A stretch of 64,000 nt of DNA from Octopus sinensis (taxonomy: Eukaryota), in contig NC_043000.1 in NCBI RefSeq assembly GCF_006345805.1, positions 76,694,001 to 76,758,000 on the forward strand, given 5' to 3'. A program made the position numbers and the translations under genes. The notes under the pieces were generated by a model. It was given only the letters and a program-made list of their open reading frames with translations, did not search any database and was not told where the DNA came from. Of this stretch, positions 26,827 through 39,539 are shown piece after piece (position 1 is the first letter of the stretch; each line of letters begins with the position of its first letter).

Positions 26827-28020
26827 GTGAGTTGATTCTAGATTTGTTTAAACCATAATTAGCCACCACTACGTTTTCTTGTAGTAACAACTGAAGAGAT
26901 AGTGCGAAGGTACATCATATCAGTAGATTATGGGTTGCAGATCATGACTTTTTATGATCGACTGTATGTGTAACAACTATATAGTGTCAAATATAAGAAT
27001 TTTATTCTGAAGTGGAGTACATGTATATCTTTAGGCTCTCAAACTACTCAGAATTGAAGAAAATTTACAGAGAAAAACCCTGTATTTAGGAAACAGTGTT
27101 GGTTAGAGTTATTTTATGACCCCTAAATGTGTTAGGACTAGCATTCGTTAAGTGTGTGAAAGTTCTGATTGTGTGTTGAGATATTAGAGGGCGTGTAGTA
27201 AATAGGTTAAAGTTGCTGATAAGACCCAGCTGAGCCTTATTCCAGAAGATCTAACCATGACTATCTCATCGTTTTACGATATACTGTGTCTAGTATAATA
27301 TAGAAATACGTTTGTAGACACAGCTTATATAAGACAAGATACAAATTATATAAGAGGGCTATAGTAGCCTTGTGTCATTATTAGAAGCAGTGTAAGAAAG
27401 TGAGTGATGGTAGTTTTGCAACCGACTGTGAGTACAAAGAAGCACAGGCCCCAAGTTGTAAAAGAAAAAAATTCATAACGCTAATCAATTCTGCTCTTCC
27501 CCTTTCCCACGATATAAATGTGACTAATTATATGTAACTATTCTTTCACTAATTAATTACGTAAATCTTCCTTATCGTTTTACGTGTTATTTTTTTTTAA
27601 CAAAGAAAGGGGACATTGGTTAATTTTGTCTTAAATACGCTATATTTGAGGAATAGTGTGATGTCACGTATGGAACACAATTAATCGTAGGTTCGCTTAA
27701 TTTTTTTACGTGGTTGATCAACCTGCTTGAATTGGGAACCACACTCTGATAACTTGAATACGAAACGAAACATTAAATATATTAGTGATAGGACGATCGC
27801 GGTTGAAACACCTCTGACTTATATAGAAACTAAATAGTTATTTCTTTATTACCCACAGTGGGCTAAACATAGAGGGAGCAACAAGGACAGACAAAGGGAT
27901 TAAGTCTATTACACTGACCCCAGTGCATAACTGAAACTTATTTAATCAACCCCGAAAGGATGAAAGGCAAAGTCGACCTCAGCGGAATTTGAACTCAGAA
28001 TGTAACAGCAGACGAAATAC

Positions 28021-28210
28021 CGTCGTTGTTAATATTTAGCTTCAATATATTAGTCCTGGATACACCACGGCTGGAATAAGAATGATAGGACGATCGCGGT
28101 TGAAGCACCTCTGACTTATATAGAAGCTAAATATTTAGCGATCGTCCATTCTTATTCCAGCTGTGGTGTATCCAGGACTAATATATACAAGCTAAATATT
28201 AACAACGACG
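28021..28210. repeat. Inverted repeat (about 60-75-bp arms)
   Basis: CGTCGTTGTTAATATTTAGCTT..TGGAATAAGAATG has its reverse complement ending at 28210. A spacer segment is duplicated at 27787-27835. Confidence 0.85.
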
Positions 28211-28981
28211 TATTAATGAGTTCAGAGTGTAAGGTTTTTTAAATAAAAAAAATGAGGGCTTATTAGCAAAGAGATGTGGTTTAATTTTCTTGGTTATATG
28301 ATACAATTAGTGAAATGAATGTAGGTGAAAGAAGTGGGTAAGCAATAGAAAAAGTAGGGTTTCAAAGAGGGGGTAAAATGTGAACAAACAAGCAATTAAT
28401 AAACAGACGTCAACGTAAACATAACACAACTAAAAATAGGGTTTAACCTCTAGCCAGGGAAAAATAAATGAAAATTTAATTACGTTATTGCCATTAAGAT
28501 GCAAGTCCCGAGAGACTACACACACACGTACATTCTCACTCAGCGGTACATACAAACAGAAGCAGCACAAATATCAGTAACATCAATGCCAACACAGGAG
28601 CACACACTAAAATTCATGTAGTATCTTGTGAATCCAAATTTAAAATTCGTCTGAACGACCACAGATCTTCTTTCAGGGTCCCGGAGAGACGCAACTCAAC
28701 AACACTCGTAGCATATGTATGGCGCCTAAAGGAAGATCATATGCCCTTTAACATTAGGTCGAAATTTCTGGAAACTTGTGGACCCTATCGCATTGGAAAA
28801 AGACTATAAATTCTGTATGGCAGAAAGATATATTATCCTCATGAACTCAAAATTGGAAAACCTAGCTATCAAGTGAAGGAAGACAACTCGCCCGGTCATA
28901 ATTTTTTAAGAGGAATATTTCTTGAATTATTACCGGCGTTCATGTGTTTAAAGAAACATTCTTTGCAGAGAACGGCTATCG

Positions 28982-29034
28982 TTTAGAAAAACTGAAGAAA
29001 TATCTAGATGTGAAACCAATGGTTATTTTCTAAA
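28982..29034 (+). ncRNA. Hammerhead in the 5' pseudo-LTR
   Basis: TTTAGAAAAa-CTGAAGA-a-ATAT-CTAG-ATGT-GAAAC-CAATG-GTT-aTTTTCTAAA, with a 9-bp stem I. Confidence 0.7.
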
Positions 29035-31382
29035 CTATTACGTTACACATACAAAAATTAACAACTGCTCAATATTTTATAGGGTATGCTCTTCTCCTGA
29101 TTTATGATACTGTAATGAAGATTCTTCGCTCCCCGGTCACAAAGTGTATGTTAACAGACTGCTACCAGGTCCGTACCTCACAACTCCACCGCTTTTACAT
29201 AATCACGAATTATTTGTAATATTCTCCGCATTAATGGATTTGCACATTGGATATTCCTTTAAAAATATTCCTACACCATTAAATGAACTATACAAAAGAA
29301 TGCTACTTCGAAAAATTATTGATATTACAAGACGCATGAGGTTGAAAGCTTTTTTCTTCGACCAAGATGCACCACACTGGGACAAAGACCACTTTAACAT
29401 CAGGCCTAGAAAATTCCCACCCAAGATTAAAGAACTCGAAACTTTCAAAGCAGACCTGCTGGGTATTATACCAAACCTTAAGTTTCGTAAGTCCTCATCC
29501 ACCTTTCGACGTTGACTTAGATCCGATATACACCTCCTTAAGAATTCAGATGGAACCCTACTATTTTCAGATAAGACAAATAATCTTTATAAGATAGATA
29601 ACGACGACCACAACAGGCTCTTAGAGAACAACATCGCACAAAAATATAGACGGGCCGCACCACATACCTATGATAACATCAATAATGAGGCAAAACGAAT
29701 AGTCACCGACCTGGACATTGCCGACAGGGTAGAAATGCTAGCTAAACATAATGCCTTTATAACTATCAAGGATCATAAACCGAAATTCGCTTCCAACCCT
29801 AAATGCCACCTGATTAACCCCGCCAAGTCCGAAATCGGACTTGTGAGTAAACACATCCTAAAAAGGGTTAATAAAGACATAAGGAAGGTATCTAATTTCT
29901 CTTTACACCACAATTGAGGTGTTACATTGGTTTGAGACCAAACGAAACACTTTTAGAGCTAAGTTCATGCAATTCGATATAGTAGACTTTTATCCATCGA
30001 TATTGAAAATGTTACTTGATAGTTAGTATATGCTAGACGAATTACCTACGTAAGTGATAGAGAAATAGATATAATTATGCACGCTAGGAAAACGCTACTA
30101 TTCAACAATGATTCAACCTGGGTCAAACGAACTTACCCTGAAGGCTCATTCTACGTCGCAATGGGGGCATACTACAGCGCTGATATTTGCGACCTTATAG
30201 GGTTTTACATTCTGGACACCCTAGGTAATAAATCCCCTCTGTCCACTTCGGCTTATATAGAGATGATGCCTTAGCCATCTCCAGAGGCGCTAACGGCCAT
30301 ACCTTAGATAGGCTTAGAAAAGACATCATACACACCCTCAACGACCTTGGCCTTAAAATCACCATAAAAACTAACCTTACCGTGGTGAACTTCTGGGATG
30401 TCACGCTTGATCTAGTTAGTGGCACCTACAGACCATACCGTAAACCGAATGATAGGCTATCGTACATTAATACAGCCTCCTGCCACCTACCCATAGTGTT
30501 CAAAAACATAATAAAAAGTATCCGTAAATAGATTTCTTCAAATAAAGTTATTTTCGATGAAAATGAGGCGCTAGCGGCCAGCGGGTTCAAAGGGAATATA
30601 GTATATATACCAGGATTGAGTAACCATAAAAGGAAATGCCACCGCAAGACCTTTGGTTAGCTCTCCCCTTCTTCCTAAACGTCCGGACGTGCGTAGGTAA
30701 GCTTTTTCTTAGGTTGGTTCATAAACATTTCACGCGATCATGCAAATATAGAAAGATCTTTAACAGATATAATTTAAGAATCTTTCAGCTGTGCACCTAA
30801 TGTTAAGAAAAAAACTACCTAGCACTCCTAAACTACGGACAGAGGTAGATTGTTCATGCAGGATTAGAAATGGATGCCCAGTGGACGGCTGATGTAACAT
30901 CGAGGTTACAGTGTAGCAGCGCAAATATCAATAACATAAATGCCAACACAGGGACACACACTAAAATTTATGTCGTATCTTGTGAATCCAAATTTAAAAT
31001 TCGTCTGAACAACCACAGATCTTCTTTCAGGTTCCCGGAGAGACGCGTCTCAACAACACTCGCAGCAAACGTATGGCGCCTAAAAGAAGACTGTGTAAAT
31101 TGTGTATGGCAGAAAGATATATTATCCTTATGATCTTACTCAGGAGGCTACCTGAACATTAGGACGGAAGCTGTGGGGAGTTGTCCACATTTTCGGAAAT
31201 TTTCTTTTAAAAATTGGAAAACCTAGCGATAGCTCGGTTTTCCAATTTCCGTCCTAATGTTCCGGTGAAAGACGTGAAAGAAGACAACTCGCCTGGCCAT
31301 AATTTTTTAAGAGGAATATTTCTTGAACTATCACCGGCGTTCTTATGTTTAAAGAAACGTTCTTTGCAGAGAACAGTTATCA

Positions 31383-31445
31383 TTTAGAAAAACTGGAGAA
31401 ATGTCTAGTTCACGCTAGATATGAAACCAATGGTTATTTTCTAAA
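31383..31445 (+). ncRNA. Hammerhead in the 3' pseudo-LTR (A6G)
   Basis: TTTAGAAAAa-CTGGAGA-a-ATGTCTAG-ttcacg-CTAGATAT-GAAAC-CAATG-GTT-aTTTTCTAAA. Confidence 0.65.
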
Positions 31446-32079
31446 CTATGACGTTAGACATACAAATACACACACACACATTTATTAATTAGGTAAGTAA
31501 CAATTTCTAAAAGAAAGCAATTATCAAAGGGTTGACCGTCTGGAAGCATTTTTATAAATTTATGTTCTAAAAAATTTCCTATGATTTCAATTTCTCAAGT
31601 TTATTGAATTTTTTAAACTCTAATTTCTCGCAAATTTAAATGTTCATTGCATTCACTGCGGAGTATTCCATTTTCATTTTCAAAAGTAAACTTTATTTAC
31701 TTTTAAGTTTTAATTCGCTACTTGGAAAACCAACCGTTTTTTTCTATTAATGTATACGTAATGTAAAAACATTATATATTATATGAAATTTTAAAAAAAT
31801 ACCCATATCATTTTTGAACGCGAGATAGCTGTAAGAAGAGCCTAAAAAGTTTGGTAATTACTATTAGAAGACGAGGAAAGAAAAAGTTACCGACAAGTAC
31901 TCGAAACTTTCACCTTACTTACACGTTTCCAAACACTGTACCACTAAGCCAATATATACACAAACAAGTTGCACGAGCGACTTCAACAGTGACATACACA
32001 CACTCACTCACCAATACACCCTCGCGCACACACATAGATACACATACACACAAATGAAAGGCAACGAATGTGTGTATGT

Positions 32080-32124
<45 letters not shown>

Positions 32125-33759
32125 TCACTGACAAAATTTCGTGCTGCATCACTTTTGGGAAGTTTTGTTAGCGAACAGGTCGTGGTTTCAGAGCGACGAA
32201 AATATTTCGACACGAATAAAATTTTAATGTTGAAGTAAATGAAACTAACGGTTTTTGTGTGTTCCTGAATGGCTTGCAAACACCTTTCACGCTGCAATTG
32301 CTTTTGTTTCAGTACACGATCTCAAATTAAGTCATTTGCTAAGCAAGTACATCTTCGTAATTTTTTAAAATTACTGTGGATAAATGCCAGTAATGATCTT
32401 CTCAGGCTGTCCGATATTTTAATTTCTAAACAGAAACAATCGGGGACAGGGAGTGGGGTTGCAAAAAATTCATAATGTCTCAAATTTTCTTTTTTATAGC
32501 ATATATAAATGGGGATGGGGGGAATATTGAAAAATATCAATACATGCGAGAGTAATAAAGAAACGAAGAGGGTTGTCTTTTGGATATGCTAGAAACAACA
32601 GCCAAATCGCTTTTCCCTCGAAAAATATTAACAATTTTAAAATATTTTTTTACCGAAAATGCTCTTGCCAAGGTTTTGAAGTGCAAAAAAAAAATTGGTC
32701 AAAATAGGTCCGGAGGGAGGGTGTGTGTGTGTGTGTGTGTGTGTAAGAAAAAGAGTTTTCAAAACTTTTTTCATACAAAGATGTCCCCACCATTAACCTC
32801 ATCATTTCGAAGAAATGGGGAAAATCCCCGAAAAAACTTTTCCCCACAAATTTATTTATAATCATAATCTTTGCCGTTTGAAAGAGATTTGTATTAATCT
32901 TCATTAAAAGATATCCATCTTCCTGAAAGTTATGAGGGAAAAAAGTCAGATAGTGTGAATTTTCCGAAACTCTTCTCTTCACCCCTTCGGAACAATTCTT
33001 TCCCATAAATCCTTATATACTCTGAAGCCACAACATCTAAGCAGTATTTGTAAAAAAATTTTTAAGATGTATGCATTTTTCTGGATGTTATGAGGCAACA
33101 AATTCGGGGGCATATACATCTGTAGTAATTTTTTTTATTATACGATTTTTTTCATTTCATGTTTATTTCATACATTGTTTGCAGTGTTCTCTCTCTCCCG
33201 CATATACTGCAAAGCTTATAGATGGGGTGCTGAACTGAAATCTCTATATTGCTTTGAGAGGAAGGTAAAACTGGACCAATTGCCTCCCCCTCTGTTGTTG
33301 GACTACAGTGATGTTTGTTTAAAAAAGAAAAATTATGACTGATAAATTAATGAAAGCAATATTTACTAAGCAAGTGAGCACAATTATACAAAGAAATAAC
33401 TTGACATAAAATATATAAATTATTAGAACTAGGAATCAAATGTGAAAATATTATCAAAAGGCTAATAGAAAACCGCCAGAAGGGCGGTCTTTCTGCTAGT
33501 TTAATATATATGCATGCATACACACACACACACACACACCACACACACACACACACATACACGTACACACACACACACATATATACATGATATATAAATA
33601 TCTATATATTTATACTTGAATATTCATCAACTGAACATTTTCAGCCTATGCTTTCTTTCTATTTACATGTATACATGTGTATATTTTTTGTTTATCTAAC
33701 CCAAACAATTATATTTGTTTAATGATATCATTGTCTTTATATACATAAATGTATATTTG

Positions 33760-33792
<33 letters not shown>

Positions 33793-33930
33793 AACAAAGA
33801 TCAAAGTGGATGACAGATTTTCGTAGATCAAGTTCCTTTATCATTGGAATACAGAATACATAAAAATTTATCGAGTTGTTAGGTTTTAAGCGCTTCAATA
33901 TTACGATTAAAAGGGAAGCAGTATTACAAA

Positions 33931-34014
33931 ACCTTACGATCGTTTCAAGTAATGCGTTTGTATTGGGCGAGTTTTCCAGCCGATACAAATTGTCGCATTT
34001 CTCCCATCAGGGGT
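33931..34014 (-). ncRNA. Hammerhead (left arm, A9G)
   Basis: Minus strand: ACCC-CTGATGG-GAG..CTT-GAAAC-GATC-GTA-AGGT. Confidence 0.6.
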
Positions 34015-34569
34015 ACAAATAAATCGATTAAAATAGTTGAAAAAATCGAGAAAGCTTAAAATATCTCCTACTTACAAAACTTGAAGTCACATCGAGTAAT
34101 CTTACATTTGTTTTTAAAATGTTGTAGTATTTTAAAAAAACTATTAACCTTCTATATGTAAGTTGTAATTTAACGATCATTGTAAATTGTAAATCAAAAA
34201 TATCATGTGAATTTTTAAACTGTTCCCACTAACATTCTGCATATATGGATTCACCTTACTTTAATTATTTACTATCTTTAATTATCAGCAACCCAACTGT
34301 CTTATATGGTTAACCAGGTTTAACCCGAAGCTTGAGTCCTCATTTTATTTTATTTTATTTTTACAAAAATTTTAAATTTCATTTTCATTCGCACAAATGT
34401 TTTACTTCACAACTTTTTCCACTTCAGAAAGTCTTTCTATATCCTTGCGAAATCTTTTAAAAACACTATAACATTTAAAAAAATATATATATCATTACTC
34501 GATATGACTTCAAGTTCTGTAAGTAGGACATATTCTAAGCTTTCTCGATTTTTCAACTATTTTAATTGT

Positions 34570-34640
34570 ACTTCTGATGAGAGAAATCCGACTGGAAAAT
34601 TCATCCAATACAAAAGCATTCCTCGAAACGATCGTAAGGT
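34570..34640 (+). ncRNA. Canonical type I hammerhead (right arm)
   Basis: ACTT-CTGATGA-GAG..CTC-GAAAC-GATC-GTA-AGGT. Confidence 0.8.
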
Positions 34641-34994
34641 TTTGTAATACTGCTTTTCTTTGGATTGTAATATTAGAGCGCTTGAAATCTAACATCTCAA
34701 TGAAATTTTTATGTATTCTGTATTCCAATGATAAAGGAACTTGACTTACAAAAATCTGTCATCCACTTATATATATATATAACAATGATAAATATCAAAG
34801 TGAGTTATATACAGTAGCGGTAACACATCGTGACGTATTTTTGCCATTTCAATATGGCTAACCTCTAAGGGTGGATGCTACTGTAGTTTTTAGCCCCAGG
34901 AGGACACACTCCTCCAGCTGGCCATAGACACACTATCTGTGTCCTGTCAGTATTTGCAAAGGGAAGTCATCCTTCCCGTCTTCAACTTATGATA

Positions 34995-35039
34995 CACACG
35001 GACTCGAGTTTCGAGGTATTGACCTCTCGTCAGCGTGTG
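34995..35039 (-). ncRNA. Canonical type I hammerhead (left arm)
   Basis: Exact reverse complement of 35355-35399. Confidence 0.9.
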
Positions 35040-35354
35040 ACAATCATAGTTGTCGCCGAGAATTAGATTTCCTTCACAAATACTTATACTTTTTCCAGCG
35101 TCCACTGTCGCTGATATTGAAAAAGTGAAATCAAACAATGATAAATATCAAAGTGAGTTATATACAGTAGCGGTAGGGGTTAGCCATATTGAAATGGCAA
35201 AAATACGTCACGATGTGTTACCGCTACTGTATATAACTCACTTTGATATTTATCATTGTTTGATTTCACTTTTTCAATATCAGCGACAGTGGACGCTGGA
35301 AAAAGTATAAGTATTTGTGAAGGAAATCTAATTCTCGGCGACAACTATGATTGT

Positions 35355-35399
35355 CACACGCTGACGAGAGGTCAATACCTCGAAACTCGAGTCCGTGTG
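35355..35399 (+). ncRNA. Canonical type I hammerhead (right arm)
   Basis: CACACG-CTGACGA-GAGGT-CAAT-ACCTC-GAAAC-TCGA-GTC-CGTGTG. Stems are perfect, the core is complete and the GUC site is after 35393. Confidence 0.92.
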
Positions 35400-35563
35400 T
35401 ATCATAAGTTGAAGACGGGAAGGATGACTTCCCTTTGCAAATACTGACAGGACACAGATAGTGTGTCTATGGCCAGCTGGAGGAGTGTGTCCTCCTGGGG
35501 CTAAAAACTACAGTAGCATCCACCCTTAGAGGTTAGCCATATTGAAATGGCAAAAATACGTCA

Positions 35564-35633
<70 letters not shown>

Positions 35634-35699
35634 ATGTTTGTGTGTGTGTATGTGTGGGTGTGTGTGTATGTATGTATGTATGTATGTATGTATGTATGC

Positions 35700-35732
<33 letters not shown>

Positions 35733-35798
35733 TGTATGTATGTATGTGTGCGTGTGTGTGTGTGTGTATGTATATTTATCTTTTCTTTTACATTTCAG

Positions 35799-35955
35799 GG
35801 TTCCGAATATCAACACATTGAAGGAATTAGTTTCTATCCTCGATACTGGACCCATGTTGATATTATTCATAGCAAATCTCATAATGTCTTTTCTAAAGGA
35901 TCTTCAACTTCGGCGAAAAGTTTCCTCAATCCGACTTTTCAGTCACAAATCAGAA
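35799..35955 (+). CDS. Candidate host exon (157 nt; GSEYQHIEGISFYPRYWTHVDIIHSKSHNVFSKGSSTSAKSFLNPTFQSQIR in phase 0)
   Basis: Strong acceptor tcttttcttttacatttcAG and donor GTAAGC. A unique island between microsatellites. Two frames are open. Confidence 0.45.
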
Positions 35956-37338
35956 GTAAGCATTTAAATCTATATATGATATATGGTACATCTATGTACA
36001 TGCGAGTGTATATATATACATACATATGTGTGTGTGTGTGTGTCTGTGTGCGTGTGTGTATGTGTGTGCGTGCGTGTATGCGTGTGTGTGTATGTGTGTG
36101 TTTATTTGTATTTGTGTACTATCTACTTTATAAATGCGAATGCATGTAATTATGCATGTGTGTTAGGCCGTGAAAGTCCGCGAGAAAAACGATTTTGATT
36201 TTCGAAATCAGCGTCTCTAAATAATAAGAAAAAATTATTCCTACGAGAAATAATTCAACTTTTAGATCGACAACTATCCTACTCTCTATCTGTCACCATC
36301 AATCTATCTCTATTATTTACCACACTCTTTATCACTCTTTCTCCGTGTATATATGTATTGTCTCTCACGCATTGCTTTCATTTTGTTGAAAACTTTAAAT
36401 GTTAGCTTCCGGGATTAATGAATTGCAAACCCGGATTCAACGTCAGAGTGTAAATTAATATATCAAATCTGAAAATGTTCATCTAGTTTAAAAATTTCGA
36501 AACCTGTGACAGCAACAGAAATAATCTCTTAATTTGTCTATCTCTTCCACTTTTCGCTTTTCTCATGGTAAAATTCACTCTCTCTATATATATTTACCCC
36601 ACTCTCACTCTCTATAAAAATATGTAGCTAACGTTGAGACAGTGTGTTTGTCAGTGTGTGTATGTATGTGTGTAAGGAATTTCATTAGGGTGACAGAGTG
36701 ATTTTCAAAAGGTATGTAAAAAATAATTTATTTTCATAGCATACCTTCCTGTTCGTAAATGTTTTTTCTTAGATACACACACTCAGACACACACACACGC
36801 ACGCACGCACGCACACACACGCACACGTACACACAAACACACACACGCACGCACACACACAGACATGGAATGGACTGGCTTGGTGCGGGGGTTAGGAATT
36901 AAAGATTTAAATTATAAAACTTTTGTTGCTGCTTAAATCACAGCAATGGAACACCGCATCATCATTCCATAAAATGAAAAAATTAAGTCAGTTTCACTAA
37001 TGTTTTTAAATTACGTTTCATTTTCTGCTTGAAAATAAGGAAAGTGGAGACTGTAATGGTGATAGTTGATTTCCTAATGGCCAAAATCGGTACTGAGTGG
37101 GGAAGAATGGTTTGAAAAAAATTCCTAAATTTAAAATAAAAAAAATTCATATAAAGCTTCTTCCCATCATTTGTAAGGGTGTGGTGAAAAAAAAAATTGA
37201 AAATCCCCGTTAAAACGGAGAAAATGCAACTTATGTAAGTGTGCTATTCCGAAAGTCTGTCAAGGTACTCCATTGTGAAAATTACTCGGTAACAATGAGA
37301 TACTCAGCTATTGTGCGCGTGTAAGTGTGTGTGTATGT

Positions 37339-37422
<84 letters not shown>

Positions 37423-37489
37423 AAAGAGAACAATATCCCATCTAAAAATATAAAGTATTTTTAAAATATCAAAAAATAGCAACTAGATT

Positions 37490-37675
37490 ATGCCTAGCAG
37501 ATTATAACTTACTCAGCTCTCACCACGACCGCAACAGGACTATGGAACCTGATGTATGCATTCCTCACTTGACCCTGGGAAGATCTTCAAACTCCTTGGC
37601 CTTGGTCACCAACTCGGCCTTCGTGTTGCATGCTGCGGGGTTGATGTCTTTCTCAGCCGCGCCCCACACTTCGTA
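37490..37675 (-). pseudogene. maT/DD37D-like transposase C-terminal remnant
   Basis: Minus strand, with frameshifts: VWGAAEKDIN..ACNTKAELVTKAK..FEDLPR..RNAYIRF. Similar to GAVEWETNKTPCNTKDQLKARI at 55360-55430. Confidence 0.55.
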
Positions 37676-39165
37676 CTCCAAGAGATTATAATCGGAACAA
37701 TTCGTTTCGCCTGGTCTTTAAGTATACTATGTTTTTTCAACACTATACATTTTAAAAGGGGATTTCCTTGGATGAAATACCGAAGATTAAAAGCGTTTAA
37801 CAACACCCATTAAGTATGTGATGTTGAAAGTGATCATTGCTTTCGCACCAATAAAGCACTTAGACTCATATGGCCGGAAAACATCATGGTTTGTTAATTT
37901 TGTAAATAAAAAATCCCCGGAAAGAAAGCCCACTGGTACAGTTTAGGGCCAGGCGCAGTTATTCCCTTTATATCGGTTCCAGCCGTGTCAGCACCAACTA
38001 CTTTCAAAATTGGAATAAGTTTTCTAGTTTGCAAATGGAGTATCCCATGTTTTCAACTAGAATTTCCTTTGATGATGGCATTGACTAAACATCTCGTGTT
38101 TGGAGTTTTAAAAGGTGCCCGGATCAAGTGTGTTTTTCAGGATCCTAGCTTTTTCGGTGAAGCAAAGCTTACAGCATTTTCTCCCGTTGAGATATATCCC
38201 CGCTTATACTAAGAGCTTCCATTTAATTATGTGTGGCATACTCTCCTTTTTTTAAACACCATGCGTAGCTGGCTAGGGACCTGATATTGTACCTTTCTGG
38301 TATCCTAAAGAGGACCTGTGGTTATACAGACGCTGTGAAACCGACATATTTCTGTGTCTGTGCTCTCGTTCTCTTGTGCTGATGGTGTTACAGCCGCTAT
38401 TGTTGTTGTTTTAGCTGCCAGTAATGCTGCCGATGTTGCTATCACTGCTGGGCCCGATGCTGGTATTGACGTTGTCGTTGCTGCTGCCGCTGGTACTGTT
38501 GCCGCCGTCGCTGCGATTGCTGCTGCTATTGCTACTCGCGCAGCCACTGCCGGGCGTATTGCTGGTACTGTTGCCGCTATATAGCTGTTGGTATTGCTGT
38601 TGTGGTTGCCTCTGCTGTTTGACACGTTGCTGGTATGACTACCACTGCCGTCACCACTGCAATTGTAGTCGTCGTTGTTGTTATTGGAGGATGTGTTGCC
38701 AACACTGCTGCTGTGGTCGCCAATGCATGTCAGGTCTCAGCCTGATACATACACCCGCTGAGTTGCATCGATCCCCACAGGAAATTCATTGTAAACTCTA
38801 CATGAACACACTGCCTCTGCTCGTGGTTTAGGAGTACTCACTAATATTCTTTTAACGCTGGGCGCAGAACTGAAAAAAAACTCTTAAGTTGTGTCTGGTA
38901 AACAAACTCCCGTATTTGTGCGACTGTGTTAAGTGTTTGTCCACTAATTTAAGGAATATCCTTCCAAAACAACTTTACGGTGGCGCTTCCTTTTGCGGGT
39001 GCGAGGGCCTGGTATATAGTAGATGCAGTCCTTAAGCTCACTTCACGCCAAAGCTGTGTTGTAAAAGGGGGCTTCTGAGGGACCATGATGCTTTCCTTCC
39101 TCCAGCTGTAAAGAGGTTATGTGTCTCCTGCCATTTGATTCTGACCGATATATATATATATATAT

Positions 39166-39197
<32 letters not shown>

Positions 39198-39539
39198 CAC
39201 ACACACACACACACGCTTCCTATTGCTTATGATGGTCCTATGGGATGACGTCAGCAGCAGGGTGAGGTGACCGGAAGTTGGGGCTGACCGGAAGGGAGCA
39301 GCCGGGACGCGCGCGCAGCGAGAGGGGATTTCGGCCTTTTCGAACGAGGGTCGTCGGCGTGTTAAGACGGGTGAACACGTTGCTAAGGTTGGGCGAAGCA
39401 GCTGCTATCTTTAGCGTTCGGGTCGGGCTGTGTCGAAGGATCCGTTACTACTGAGCGAAGAGAAGGTAGGTGCCTTTATATTCGAATCTCTAGCACACAC
39501 CACAAGCTATTTCGGCACTCCACATAAGTCGTCACCACG

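Larger units (their letters stand above)
28557..31465 (+). mobile_element. Near-complete decayed Penelope-like element with pseudo-LTR direct repeats (28557-29055 and 30913-31465)
   Basis: HIGYSFKNIP, KDHKPKF..LINPAKSEIG, QFDIVDFYPSI, MGAYYSADICDLIG and GLYRDD (RT), then CESKFKIRLNNHRSSF..STTLA..VWRLKE (GIY-YIG). The 3' region is duplicated upstream. Confidence 0.88.
33804..34768. repeat. Diverged head-to-head twin (arms about 33804-34100 and 34494-34768), each arm with a hammerhead
   Basis: Reverse-complement arms of about 290 bp, an AT-rich spacer and (TA)n on both outer sides. Confidence 0.85.
34781..35567. mobile_element. Head-to-head twin of a 353-nt retrozyme-like unit in (TA)n
   Basis: Left arm 34781-35175 repeats its start at 35134. 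Right arm 35178-35567 repeats its start at 35531. The period is 353 in both, and the arms appear identical in their overlap. Confidence 0.9.

Noticed and set aside
33804-34768. MITE interpretation of the long inverted arms
   Set aside because: The arms carry hammerheads and have unequal, diverged ends without a recognisable transposase TIR. A retro-derived twin fits better, though a MITE is not formally excluded.
34947-35447. Identical 63-aa ORFs on opposite strands
   Set aside because: A by-product of the palindrome. The ORF has a TTG start, overlaps the ribozyme and is not evidently preserved in the 11-kb copy.
38305-38831. Ala-rich and Cys-rich ORFs
   Set aside because: Degenerate (GCT/GTT)n trinucleotide sequence with no recognisable domain or splice support.
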